In this document: positions 29,127 through 38,888 of the stretch, one piece after another
Position numbering within the stretch: the first letter of the stretch is position 1
Layout of the letters: each line of letters begins with the position of its first letter
Source of the DNA: Spirochaetota bacterium
Lineage (GTDB): Bacteria > Spirochaetota > UBA4802 > UBA5550
DNA: 64,000 nt
Direction: 5' to 3'
Assembly: GCA_963663865.1 (NCBI GenBank)
Contig: OY760686.1
Span: 2,464,001 to 2,528,000, forward strand
Notes under the pieces: model-generated
Told to the model about the DNA's origin: nothing
Databases searched by the model: none
What the model saw: only the letters and a program-made list of their open reading frames with translations
Translations under genes and position numbers: made by a program

Positions 29127-29154
29127 ATTATATTAATATCGGGGATTATGTCAA
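29127..29154 (-). promoter_or_regulatory. Consensus sigma70 promoter for the HEAT-repeat gene
   Basis: Minus strand TTGACA-16bp-TATAAT. Confidence 0.7.
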
Positions 29155-29301
29155 TAATTTTTATTAAACTATTCTAATCTTCAACATGTGATAAAATTGA
29201 ATTAATCGAAAAATAAAAACATTCCCGGTCTCTAAAAAAGATTTTACATATCCTTCAAATCAGGGAATTTGACAGCTAATAATTACTCCTTGAGGTGCAG
29301 T

Positions 29302-30750
29302 ATGAGCAATATTTTTGAAGATTTAAATCCCGATGAAGATGAGGATTTCAGCCGTTTACTTGAATCCAGCCTCAATAAAAGAGACAATTACGAAACCGGC
29401 GAGAAGGTAAGCGGTACCATTCTCGACATCAGGGGAGATACAGCTTTTGTTGACATTTCAGCAAAAAGTGAGGCAGTAATCGACGCCGCAGAGCTGCAGA
29501 ACAACGCAGGCGAGTTTGAATTCAGCCGCGGGAGCACTATTGAGGCCTATGTTATTTCCGTCAGGGGCGGAGAAATAGTTCTCAGCAGAAAAATTGGCCG
29601 TTCAGGAGCTTCAGCCGATATCCTTGAAACGGCCTTTTCAAGCGGGATTCCTGTAGAAGGCAGAGTAATCAGCTCACGAAAAGGCGGATACTCGGTTGAA
29701 ACTGGAGGGATATCATGCTTTTGCCCGTTCTCTCAAATAGACATAAGAGCCGGTGAAGAAGCAGACTACCTTAACAAGAATTTTCATTTTTTAATAACAG
29801 AATTTTCCAACAATGGAAGAAATGTTGTCCTTTCCAGAAGAGTACTGCTCGAAAAAGAAGCCCTTGAAAGGGAAGCTCAGCTCAGGGAAACCCTGGAAAT
29901 TGGAAGCATTGTCGAAGGCACAGTCTCCAGCATCAGGCCTTTCGGAATCTTCGTTGACCTTGCCGGTATTGAGGGCCTTGTCCCAAAATCGGAGCTTTCC
30001 CGCAGCCGACTCGTAACAACTGATGATTTCAAACCCGGCCAGAGAGTTAAAGCCTCGCTTATGTCTGTAGACTGGAATACAAAAAGAATCAGCCTCAGTA
30101 TAAAAAACACCGAACCGGATCCGTGGGAAATCTCAGAGAATCTCAAATCCGGAACAGTACATAACGGCATCGTCACAAATCTTATATCAAGCGGCGCCTT
30201 CGTCCAGATTATTCCCGGCCTTGAAGGGTTTGTGCACATCTCAAGGATGAGCTTCACTAAGCGGATAAACCGCCCTGAAGATGTTCTGAAGCCGGGCGAC
30301 TCTGTAAGCGTCAGAGTCATGGACGTTGACAGAAAAGCTCAAAAGATATCACTGGAGCTTATGACAGATGAAGCCGACCCCTGGCTGATACCGGAAAGCG
30401 AACTAACCGGCAGGGTTCTATCTGCAACGGTCGAAGGCTCCAGATCAAGCGGGTTAAATATTCGTCTGGACAGCGGCCTTTCAGGATTTGTTCCATCCAG
30501 CGAACTTACTGACAGAAAGAGTTTTGATATTCAGAAGGATTATCCGACAGGAAGCTCTCTTGAGGTCATGCTGATTCGATACGAGCCTGACAGGAAAAAC
30601 GCGGTATTCAGCGCCATTGCCGTCAAGAACGGCAAAGAGCAGGAAGCCTATGAGACATTTAAGGAAAGCAACAACGGTTCCGCCGGAATCAACCTTGGCA
30701 ATCTGCTCGGCGATAAATTCAAAGATATAAAAAAAACAATCGGCGAATAG
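29302..30750 (+). CDS. rpsA: Ribosomal protein S1-like multi-S1-domain RNA-binding protein
   Basis: About five S1 repeats (FCPFSQID; FGIFVDLAGIEGLV; GAFVQIIPGLEGFVHIS); SD GAGGTG before ATG 29302; may be a second S1 paralogue. Confidence 0.75.
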   Translation: MSNIFEDLNPDEDEDFSRLLESSLNKRDNYETGEKVSGTILDIRGDTAFVDISAKSEAVIDAAELQNNAGEFEFSRGSTIEAYVISVRGGEIVLSRKIGRSGASADILETAFSSGIPVEGRVISSRKGGYSVETGGISCFCPFSQIDIRAGEEADYLNKNFHFLITEFSNNGRNVVLSRRVLLEKEALEREAQLRETLEIGSIVEGTVSSIRPFGIFVDLAGIEGLVPKSELSRSRLVTTDDFKPGQRVKASLMSVDWNTKRISLSIKNTEPDPWEISENLKSGTVHNGIVTNLISSGAFVQIIPGLEGFVHISRMSFTKRINRPEDVLKPGDSVSVRVMDVDRKAQKISLELMTDEADPWLIPESELTGRVLSATVEGSRSSGLNIRLDSGLSGFVPSSELTDRKSFDIQKDYPTGSSLEVMLIRYEPDRKNAVFSAIAVKNGKEQEAYETFKESNNGSAGINLGNLLGDKFKDIKKTIGE

Positions 30751-30776
30751 TTTTTAGTCTCTGAAGAAAAATCTTA

Positions 30777-30805
30777 TTGATATATCCTTCTTCAGAGACT
30801 ATAAT
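30777..30805 (+). promoter_or_regulatory. Candidate sigma70 promoter
   Basis: TTGATA-17bp-TATAAT. Confidence 0.55.
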
Positions 30806-30828
30806 ACAATAATACCGGCTTATTTATT

Positions 30829-31206
30829 TTGATCACCATGCTGCAACGCTGCATAACTGCTGATATGATAACACTGAAGAATGGACATATTATCCCCTAT
30901 AACAGAGATTTTGACAAATTTTTCAAATCTCTCATGGATTCAATAATTGAAGAGTCAAAAAATGAAGTTAACACCAGCAAAAGACCGGGGGACAGCCTTG
31001 ATACTCTCAACGAGTCTTTCCTCCGGGAAATAATGGACAACTGCATTGTTGTCACACATCAGCTGTTTGAGATACCTGAAGAGCAGAAAGACATGTCAAA
31101 GTTCATGGTTTCAGGCTTTATTTTCAACAGCATATTACTCATTATACAAAATGCTGAAAATCTTCTTCCTTCGGTCGAAACTAACGGAGAGAACTCCATT
31201 CATTGA
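30829..31206 (+). CDS. Hypothetical protein (start may be ATG 30865)
   Basis: Isolated ORF with its own promoter; helical composition; no motif recognised. Confidence 0.6.
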   Translation: MITMLQRCITADMITLKNGHIIPYNRDFDKFFKSLMDSIIEESKNEVNTSKRPGDSLDTLNESFLREIMDNCIVVTHQLFEIPEEQKDMSKFMVSGFIFNSILLIIQNAENLLPSVETNGENSIH

Positions 31207-31226
31207 GCCTTCATCAATCCGCTTGT

Positions 31227-32153
31227 TCACATAAGCCCGGTCAGTTGTTCAAGCTTAATTGGATCAACTTTATGCAATCTCTGAATTAAATCTTCGAGTT
31301 TATCCCCTTTTCGAACATTCAGAGACACTTTTACAACATCACCCTCCAGATGCTTTGGAAGAATTACAGAAAGCCCCTTTCCTGAAACAGAAGCTGCAAG
31401 AGTTTCTGCTCTTGAAATGATTGCTGTGTATTCCGGGTATCGAGTCTGGAAAACCCTGTCCCACAAATCCTGGTCTGAATGGCTCTCAGACATAAATACT
31501 TCAAGAAGCCTGCCTTCATTCCCGACACGGCATATATCACTGCACATAAGAACAGCTGACTTGAACAGATTAAGCCGCATCCCGAGTGTATAAGCCGCGT
31601 CACCAAGGGCTTTTAAAACATTGTGAGGCAGATTCAAAAAGTCAGTTACAGTTTTAAAAGGTACATCTCTCATATCAAAGTAGTCAAATACATGTGCCGA
31701 TAGTTCTGTAATTTTTGAGGCATAATTACTGCTGAAGATAGAGCGGGGAACTTTAAGTGTATTTTCTGCAAAATGTATGACTTGATCTTCATCTATGCAA
31801 AAGCGTTCCCGCAGAATAATAATGCATCTCAGCCTGCCGCCTGATCCGATCAGGCCTGAATATGACTTCCTGACTGCTTCAGACATTATTATCTCATGGT
31901 CATATTCCTCAGTTACAAAAACATCTACTTCTTCCCGCTTTGAAATGCGTGCTGCCTCCAGCCGGTTGAATCCGGTCAAGGCCTTAAAACAACCGTTGCA
32001 GGCGAGAACACATGGGGGATCCATAACACCATGCTGACTGACCGATTTCACCAGCTCTTCCGAAATGTTATTTCTGCTAATTTTGAAATATTTTTCTTCA
32101 GTGCTTATATGTGTGACAGGAATAGTGAAAATATCTTTCTTAATGCATTTCAT
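31227..32153 (-). CDS. ParB/Srx N-terminal-domain protein
   Basis: ELVKSVSQHGVMDPP...LTGFNRLEAAR resembles ParB box II (GxRR variant). Confidence 0.65.
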   Translation of the reverse strand: MKCIKKDIFTIPVTHISTEEKYFKISRNNISEELVKSVSQHGVMDPPCVLACNGCFKALTGFNRLEAARISKREEVDVFVTEEYDHEIIMSEAVRKSYSGLIGSGGRLRCIIILRERFCIDEDQVIHFAENTLKVPRSIFSSNYASKITELSAHVFDYFDMRDVPFKTVTDFLNLPHNVLKALGDAAYTLGMRLNLFKSAVLMCSDICRVGNEGRLLEVFMSESHSDQDLWDRVFQTRYPEYTAIISRAETLAASVSGKGLSVILPKHLEGDVVKVSLNVRKGDKLEDLIQRLHKVDPIKLEQLTGLM

Positions 32154-32187
32154 TTACGAAACTCTCAAACACGGTTTAGTTCCAAAG

Positions 32188-33765
32188 CTATAGAAGTCCC
32201 TGGAGCAGATTACCGAACTGTTCAGGGTAAATCACCCTTACGTTTTTCAGCCTCTGCAGCGAGCTCTCAGCAGTCGGGGTCAGCATACCGCTTGTAATAA
32301 AATATCCTTCTTTTGCCTTAATGTCATTGATGGCCTGCGCAAAATTTCGCAGAGGGATCTCTCCTATGCTCAGGCCTTTCCATCGTCTGACCCAAACGAG
32401 AGCGGTATTTTTACCGTCGGATGACCTGGCAAGGAAATCCACACCATCTGATTCTTTATAGGTTGGAAGAATATCATCCACGGTGTAACCAAGTTTTTGA
32501 ACCACCCTTCCCGCAATTATCCGGAAATTCTCTGTATCGAGCTCATAGAGACGCTCAATAACATCATCCCCCGGCATCACAGCATCCGCCTGTCTGGACT
32601 GGCCAGATGTCTTTTGTTCTGACTGTTTACCGCGTCCAATAATTCCTCTGAGATCTATCTTCTCTGCAGATTTTAATCCGCAGATATCCCAGATAAAATC
32701 CTCGGGGAACGTTTCTCTGATCCACTCTTCGCTATAGGCAACAAAAGCACCCGCCCCGCTGTCTTTTTTAAGCCTTCCATCAGCTTCCATCTCTTTTCGT
32801 AAAAGCGTTGTAAGAATCTGTATTTTTTTATAGGATCTGTTCCTTTGATACAGTTGGTTCCAGTATTCATAGGCCATTTCAGTCTTCTCTGCTGCAATAG
32901 CTATGAATCCTATATCGTAAAGGTACATCTCAATATCTTCAGATATGCCGGCTTTTACAGCGTCATTCAGAAGCTCCTCGTAAATAGACATGGCCTCGGC
33001 AGCTCTGTTCCACTGAAAGAGTATTATTCCCAACAAGCGCTTCCCGATTAGAGCGGCATTTATATCGCCGGAACCGTCAGCAACCTTTCTGGCATAGCTT
33101 GACGCGTTTGAAAAATCCCTTTTTTTATTTAAGGCAAAAGCCGCAGAAATGTTCGCTATCTCGGAAGACGAATTAATGGAGGCAGCCTCTCTGAAATACT
33201 CAATTGATTCAAGAAGCTTCTGATTCATAAAGGACGTTATTCCAGCACCAAACAGGACTTCAAACGACCTGCTCTTTGAAGCCTTGAGAAGTTTTTCAAA
33301 GTATTTAATCGAAAACTCAAACATCTCCTGTCCGAGAGATATAAAGGCTATGTGATAAAGCGCCTCTTCATCTGCCGGAAACGCTCTTGATATTTCAAAG
33401 AATGCCTGGAATGCCCTGTCAAGCTGCTCTCTTGAAACATATGCGCGTCCGAGCTTGCGCATAACATCATACCTGTCAACTTCGTGGCTGAACTTGCCTG
33501 AATTAAGAACCTGCTCATAGTGAATTACACCCTGATCAACTTCATTCTTGCGAAAATAGAGGTTTCCGAGGCGATAATTTACAACGGGATTAAGCGGATC
33601 ATTATCGAGAAGTTTTCGATACTCTTCAATCGCGTCTTCAATGCGGTTTTGACTGAGATACTCCTCAGCCCTGTTAGCAGGATTAAGTCTTGGAGCAATC
33701 AGGTAAACATAAGATACCACGACTCCAAGAATTAGCACTAAAGCTATTAATACCGGAATTACCAT
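32188..33765 (-). CDS. TM-anchored TPR protein with C-terminal degenerate Mrr-like restriction endonuclease domain
   Basis: N-terminal TM, multiple TPRs, C-terminal KLGY.V...SDGVDFLA...VWVRRW...EGYFITSG. Confidence 0.75.
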   Translation of the reverse strand: MVIPVLIALVLILGVVVSYVYLIAPRLNPANRAEEYLSQNRIEDAIEEYRKLLDNDPLNPVVNYRLGNLYFRKNEVDQGVIHYEQVLNSGKFSHEVDRYDVMRKLGRAYVSREQLDRAFQAFFEISRAFPADEEALYHIAFISLGQEMFEFSIKYFEKLLKASKSRSFEVLFGAGITSFMNQKLLESIEYFREAASINSSSEIANISAAFALNKKRDFSNASSYARKVADGSGDINAALIGKRLLGIILFQWNRAAEAMSIYEELLNDAVKAGISEDIEMYLYDIGFIAIAAEKTEMAYEYWNQLYQRNRSYKKIQILTTLLRKEMEADGRLKKDSGAGAFVAYSEEWIRETFPEDFIWDICGLKSAEKIDLRGIIGRGKQSEQKTSGQSRQADAVMPGDDVIERLYELDTENFRIIAGRVVQKLGYTVDDILPTYKESDGVDFLARSSDGKNTALVWVRRWKGLSIGEIPLRNFAQAINDIKAKEGYFITSGMLTPTAESSLQRLKNVRVIYPEQFGNLLQGLL

Positions 33766-33863
33766 ATTGATTACAGCTATCTGACTCCATCATGTAAGTA
33801 TTTTTGACTATACACGTAACAATATCGGCATTTCGTCCGGTTTAAATTATGAAAAGCGGGGAT

Positions 33864-35960
33864 TTATCTACGCTTTAAGAAGCGCACCACAGAAGGCCAG
33901 CCATTTATAGTATACGAATTAGAGCTTTCTTTCTTGAGGATATAATCGTCCCCTTCAACGATTGCGGTTTTGAAGGGAAGATTGATCTGAATATCAGGCG
34001 GTATGAAGCGCGGAGGGCTTGAAAAGTGTAACTGAATCTCATTTGATGTTGTTACAATTCTGAAACCGATCTCACCGAACCTTGATGGCGCATTGTCAAC
34101 CCTGAGTTCGTTTCCGGTTTTAAACCATGCCTCATCCGGTTCAGGGAATATTTCAAGTTGATCGCTGGTATCAGAGAAGAGAAGGTTTCTTGTCAGTATG
34201 AACATCATTGCAGAAATGACCTTATCCGCACCGTCCCCCCATACTCCTTTCATGCTGACTGGATTCACATAATCAGGGAAGGTAAACCCGGTCCCGGCAA
34301 TCGCCATCATTTCCTTCAGAGGCCCGGCAATTTTCTTCTTAACAGATAAAAAGCTGTTTAGAATTATTGCCGTTGAGAATACATCAACTCCCAGCGCCTG
34401 CAGCCTCACCGGTACTCTGTCAAATGCCGACAGCACATTCTTTATTAGCGTTTTTTGTTCTTCCACAGAAAGAACATTGCAGGTATATGGATATACGAGC
34501 ATCAGCGCCGGGATGTACATGCCGGTTGCTCCATGCTTTGTTGAATAATCAGCAGCTGAGAGCATGCTGGAGATTATTTTCTCAAGGCGAACAGCTTCCT
34601 TCGAGAACTCCTTCTCCTCGCCGAAAAGACCGCCGCATCTGGCCATATACGCTATATGCTTCACCGCGCACAGAACAGAGGCTGCTTCCTGTATGGTAAA
34701 AAAGCCATCAGCTACTTCACCTGGCAGAAAAAAACCAGGGCTGCCTTCCCTCAGATACTGCTTTGAATACCTCAAAAGCTGTCTGCTTTCTCCTGATATC
34801 AGGCGATACATATTTGAATCGCGGCGATAAATAAAATATTCGCTGCAAGCGGATACAAGATGTGAATAATCTATTATATCTTTTTTTGCCGCCTTTTTTT
34901 TAGGAAGTTGACTTCCTGCAGCAGTGTCACGGATGAGCCTCTCTGCCTCCTCAAAATAACCTGCTCTGACCATCGCGTGTATTACAGTATAGAATCCGAA
35001 GCTGTATTCTTTTAAGGAGTCAACAGCATCAACGGGTAGAAATTCCAGAAGAGACGACTTCATTGCGAGTAAAAATTCCTCCAGTCTGGCATCAGGCAGC
35101 TTGCAGCTGATACCAGACTGAGTTCTGGCTGATGAATAGAGCCGGAATTTATCCATTTCACCGTCCGTATCGGAAAATGAAGCTGACAGTGAGATTCCCT
35201 TTACCAGAGGGGCCCGCATCAATAATTCGTTTTGACCTTTTTTCAGTTTAAACAATGCCGTCGCCGACGCAAGTCCATATGGACATTCACATCTAACACT
35301 GTCAGACTCCTGAGACAGATCTATATCGCCCGTCTCGGCAGTCCCAAAAAAAACAGAATGCGGTCTATCAGAAAATTTAAGCGCCGCAATTCCATCCGCG
35401 CTTAGAGTCGAAGCTCCATCATCGCAGCCTGCCGAATTCAATGTTCCCAGAATTTCGTTGTTATAGGGACGCAGTGATACGGCCAGGTAGTGAGATGAGT
35501 CTGAAACTTTTACAGCGGCCGAAATCAGAGCCATGTCCTGGTAATAACCGGAACCGGATATCTTAATTACAGCCTCAAATCCTCTTCCGCTCCAGGTGAT
35601 TGTCTGTGTCAGCGTTTCTGCATCTTTAACAACTGAGACACTGTCTGTTTTAAACTGAGGACGGCGGACTGTCTTCCCGTCGTACAACCATAATTCAACA
35701 GACCATTTTGAGAAGGAAGGCGTAATCATGCCAGACGGATCAACGCGCAATTCTCCAGATGAAATAAAATTGGAGAAAACAGACCACTGTCGCTGTGAGG
35801 TGTTCAGTAATACTGGAGGGTAAATCTCTGTTTCCGAGCTTGAATCGGAATCAGATTGAGCGTAAACCCAGGAGGGCCAGTAACGTTGAGGATATTTTAT
35901 AAATATGTCAAAATTACCGACTCCCGTCGAAATCAACTCATCTCTATTAATAGGTCTCAA
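33864..35960 (-). CDS. Hypothetical protein, probable (alpha/alpha)6 glycoside hydrolase/phosphorylase-like fold
   Basis: Beta-rich N-terminus, helical core, C-terminal LEIFPEPDEAWF...VDNAPSRFG tail reminiscent of six-hairpin glycosidases; catalytic residues not recognisable. Confidence 0.5.
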   Translation of the reverse strand: MRPINRDELISTGVGNFDIFIKYPQRYWPSWVYAQSDSDSSSETEIYPPVLLNTSQRQWSVFSNFISSGELRVDPSGMITPSFSKWSVELWLYDGKTVRRPQFKTDSVSVVKDAETLTQTITWSGRGFEAVIKISGSGYYQDMALISAAVKVSDSSHYLAVSLRPYNNEILGTLNSAGCDDGASTLSADGIAALKFSDRPHSVFFGTAETGDIDLSQESDSVRCECPYGLASATALFKLKKGQNELLMRAPLVKGISLSASFSDTDGEMDKFRLYSSARTQSGISCKLPDARLEEFLLAMKSSLLEFLPVDAVDSLKEYSFGFYTVIHAMVRAGYFEEAERLIRDTAAGSQLPKKKAAKKDIIDYSHLVSACSEYFIYRRDSNMYRLISGESRQLLRYSKQYLREGSPGFFLPGEVADGFFTIQEAASVLCAVKHIAYMARCGGLFGEEKEFSKEAVRLEKIISSMLSAADYSTKHGATGMYIPALMLVYPYTCNVLSVEEQKTLIKNVLSAFDRVPVRLQALGVDVFSTAIILNSFLSVKKKIAGPLKEMMAIAGTGFTFPDYVNPVSMKGVWGDGADKVISAMMFILTRNLLFSDTSDQLEIFPEPDEAWFKTGNELRVDNAPSRFGEIGFRIVTTSNEIQLHFSSPPRFIPPDIQINLPFKTAIVEGDDYILKKESSNSYTINGWPSVVRFLKRR

Positions 35961-36036
35961 TATTCCAATCTCATGGTAATTTAGTATTTTACGAGTTCCG
36001 GCATAAAAAAAGGCAGCTTAAGACAACACTGTATTA

Positions 36037-36396
36037 TCAGTCCTCCAGATTAAAACTCCGCAGGGCTTCGTCTTCGGTTTCGTAGATATCAAACATATCC
36101 ATAAGCTCTACAACCTCAAAAATCTTCTTAACGGCGTTATTCATATTACTCAGTTTAAGCTTTCTTCTTGATTCCTTCAACACTCTCATTGTCGACACAA
36201 ATATCCTCAGCCCGGAACTGCTCATGTATTCGACATCCTTAAGATTGAGGAGAAGATGGCAGGTCTTGTTGTCGCGGATAATATTGTTCAATTCAGCTTC
36301 AATATCCGCGGATAGATGGACGTCCAGTCTCCCCTTAAGGGATATAACAGCAACGTTATCTTCCATTTTCATGTCCAGCTGCATGTTCATCTCCAT
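36037..36396 (-). CDS. STAS-domain anti-sigma-factor antagonist
   Basis: LKGRLD, LLNLKDVEYMSSSGLR (phosphoacceptor Ser motif), VKKIFEVVEL. Confidence 0.9.
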   Translation of the reverse strand: MEMNMQLDMKMEDNVAVISLKGRLDVHLSADIEAELNNIIRDNKTCHLLLNLKDVEYMSSSGLRIFVSTMRVLKESRRKLKLSNMNNAVKKIFEVVELMDMFDIYETEDEALRSFNLED

Positions 36397-36475
36397 TTTT
36401 TATAATCAGAAAAATTTCATATCAACGTGTTAATGTACGATCCCTGACACAAATAATCAACAAAAAAACAAAAGC

Positions 36476-36976
36476 CTATTCCACACCATCACGGGCATTT
36501 TTCCTGGTAAGCAGCAAACCAGCGGATGTTGCAATTGTAATAAACAGAAACACGGAAGCCGCAATAACAATTAATACTGATCCCCCCAGATGAGCATTGC
36601 CCCCGACAATTGCCCTGTCAAGATGATATTTCAACACCAGCAATACAGCATTTTTGACCAGCACAACTGATGCCATCATGGGGAAAAGCAGTCCGATGTA
36701 ATAGATCATCCCTCTGTATCTAAGCGGGTCGAAAAGAGGAAGAATCATAGCACAGCCGGCAGCAAAAAGAAGCGCGGAAAAGGCTCTAAAAAAGTAATAC
36801 ATCGGCCCGACCAGTTCGTGATCCTTAACCAGATCAAACCAGTTTTCTGATATATTCATCGCGAATGCCTGTATCGCTCCAATTGGATGTATATAGAATA
36901 TCAATCCGGCTGATATATACACCAATCCTGTGAAAAGAATAATAAACTGCAAAATATTCGTTCGTTTTGACCTCAT
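36476..36976 (-). CDS. Hypothetical 4-TM membrane protein
   Basis: Four hydrophobic segments; SD GAGGGT before ATG 36976. Confidence 0.7.
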   Translation of the reverse strand: MRSKRTNILQFIILFTGLVYISAGLIFYIHPIGAIQAFAMNISENWFDLVKDHELVGPMYYFFRAFSALLFAAGCAMILPLFDPLRYRGMIYYIGLLFPMMASVVLVKNAVLLVLKYHLDRAIVGGNAHLGGSVLIVIAASVFLFITIATSAGLLLTRKNARDGVE

Positions 36977-37066
36977 TCTCGATACACCCTCATAAAGAAT
37001 CAACAATTTCAGCACAATGTGCTTTTCAATAAATATCAGGCAAACTTTACAGAAGCTCCTCTTTTT

Positions 37067-38875
37067 TCAACAGATTTTCTGCAATATTTCAGTGGTCGCC
37101 TTTTCAGCGTTTATGATCATTTTTTCAGGATTATAAGCCTCGTTAACAGGGTTGATTTCAAAGCACCTCTCGGCAAGGCAGCTGCTGCTGTCCCGCATGC
37201 GGCGGGAAGTCCCGTCCGAAACGTGATCGAGATAAAACCTGAGCACTCCCATTCCGCCTGTATTAACCTCCAGTGAATCATTCAAGGAAACAAAATCTAC
37301 CCTGTCTACATCAGCCCTGAAAGCATCAGCTACGGTTACACCCCGTTCCGGATAAGAAGCCCGCCACAACCCGCCAGCCAGTTCCACAGGTTCAAAAAGC
37401 CCTGACAGCTGAAATGATGAAGCCATCAGCGTTGCAATTGATCCCGTGCTGAAAAGCCTGTCTTCTCCGCTTATAGACGACAACTTTACGACCGGCAGAG
37501 TTTTAAACATCTCGGCCCTCATCCGTCCCGCCGCTCCTGAAGATGCAGACGCTATACCAGAACTTCGAAAGACAAACCTGTCGGGAAAAACAATATCTAT
37601 ATATGAGGCAAGTTTCGCTTCAGAAAAAAAGCTGATTGCCGCTTTGTAGAAGCTCTCTCTGCCGGAAGACACAAGGAACAGCGAGACAAGAATGGACGAA
37701 AACGCTGATGAGTATATTTTATCATACGAAAGCCTCCCTTCGTATAACTCTGCAATGAAAGGGACATAGTAAAGAGATGAGAGTACTTCAGGCTGAATAA
37801 CCAGAGCTCTCTTCTCAGATGAAACTGCAGAAGCAAAAGCGCTGCATGCTCCCTCACCCCTCATTGCTGAAAATGCATCTTTCCCCGATTTTGAATAATC
37901 TTCGAGAAATAGATATCCGGCAGTGTCATTCCCGGGTTTAGCGTTAAACATGTTTAAAATATGATATATCCTCTGCCCACTGTTTATGGCACGGTCAAAC
38001 AACAAATCGTATGAAGAAAAGTCCCGCGTCCGCTGTCCGACCGCAAAGACATAATCTGAAACAGAGAGGGCCCTGTCCCTCAGTTCCGGATCATCATCTG
38101 AAAGATCCATCACAATATAGCTGTATTCAAATCCAAGCCTGAACAGCACCGGAGAAAGGATTGAACTGTCAACAGCGACCTTTGAAAAATGCGAAACATT
38201 TAAAAGGCTGAAAGTATCATTCACCCTTTGAATTCTTTCAGCTATGGAGTATTCTGATGTTACAGAATCGTCGCGCCTCTCGGAAATTGGCGGAGTCAAC
38301 CTCAGACCGAGATATTCAAAAGCGGACTTCCCCGTCGAACTCGCATCTAGAAGTACCGTGTTGCCGGTCTCTGAAAGCTTTTCCGCCACAAGCGTCGCAA
38401 TCAACGTTTTACCTTTTACACTGCTATTACCGTAGACAGAGATTACCCTTGTAGTGCTGCCTGGTATGTAGCCGGGAAGCCCGTCAACCTTAAACCCGGT
38501 TCTTTCAAGTATTCGAATATAGCCCCTGTATGCTTTGAAATTAAATAGAAAGAAGCGGCGGATATCATCCTCGCTTAAAACAAATACAATAGAATCACAC
38601 AGAGCCCTGACGCGACCGCTCTGCGTCCTTGAGGCAAATGGGAGCCGTCCAAAATACGATCCGGCGTTCATGTAAACTGCTTCAGAGGGTATAACTCCGC
38701 CGGCTGAAAGGAGACCGCTTACAACAACGCAGAGCGATGTGTCTTTTTCCGCGGTCATTTCAGAGTTGCCTTTCAGATTCAGCGTCTTTCCGCAGCTCGC
38801 AAGCTGAATAATTTCATCTGAAGTCAGATGGCCGAAAAAGTGAAGACTGCGCAGTATTTTAAAGAGATTTCTCAT
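37067..38875 (-). CDS. cNMP-binding-like + MinD/ParA-like P-loop + degenerate patatin-like protein
   Basis: CRP-like N-terminus (LHFFGHL...VVSG...GSYFG...VRALCDS); VISVYG...KGKT...VLLDA; C-terminal patatin-like ASS..LSGLFEPVEL lacking GGGxR/GxSxG/DGG. Confidence 0.65.
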   Translation of the reverse strand: MRNLFKILRSLHFFGHLTSDEIIQLASCGKTLNLKGNSEMTAEKDTSLCVVVSGLLSAGGVIPSEAVYMNAGSYFGRLPFASRTQSGRVRALCDSIVFVLSEDDIRRFFLFNFKAYRGYIRILERTGFKVDGLPGYIPGSTTRVISVYGNSSVKGKTLIATLVAEKLSETGNTVLLDASSTGKSAFEYLGLRLTPPISERRDDSVTSEYSIAERIQRVNDTFSLLNVSHFSKVAVDSSILSPVLFRLGFEYSYIVMDLSDDDPELRDRALSVSDYVFAVGQRTRDFSSYDLLFDRAINSGQRIYHILNMFNAKPGNDTAGYLFLEDYSKSGKDAFSAMRGEGACSAFASAVSSEKRALVIQPEVLSSLYYVPFIAELYEGRLSYDKIYSSAFSSILVSLFLVSSGRESFYKAAISFFSEAKLASYIDIVFPDRFVFRSSGIASASSGAAGRMRAEMFKTLPVVKLSSISGEDRLFSTGSIATLMASSFQLSGLFEPVELAGGLWRASYPERGVTVADAFRADVDRVDFVSLNDSLEVNTGGMGVLRFYLDHVSDGTSRRMRDSSSCLAERCFEINPVNEAYNPEKMIINAEKATTEILQKIC

Positions 38876-38888
38876 ATCAGCTGAAAGC

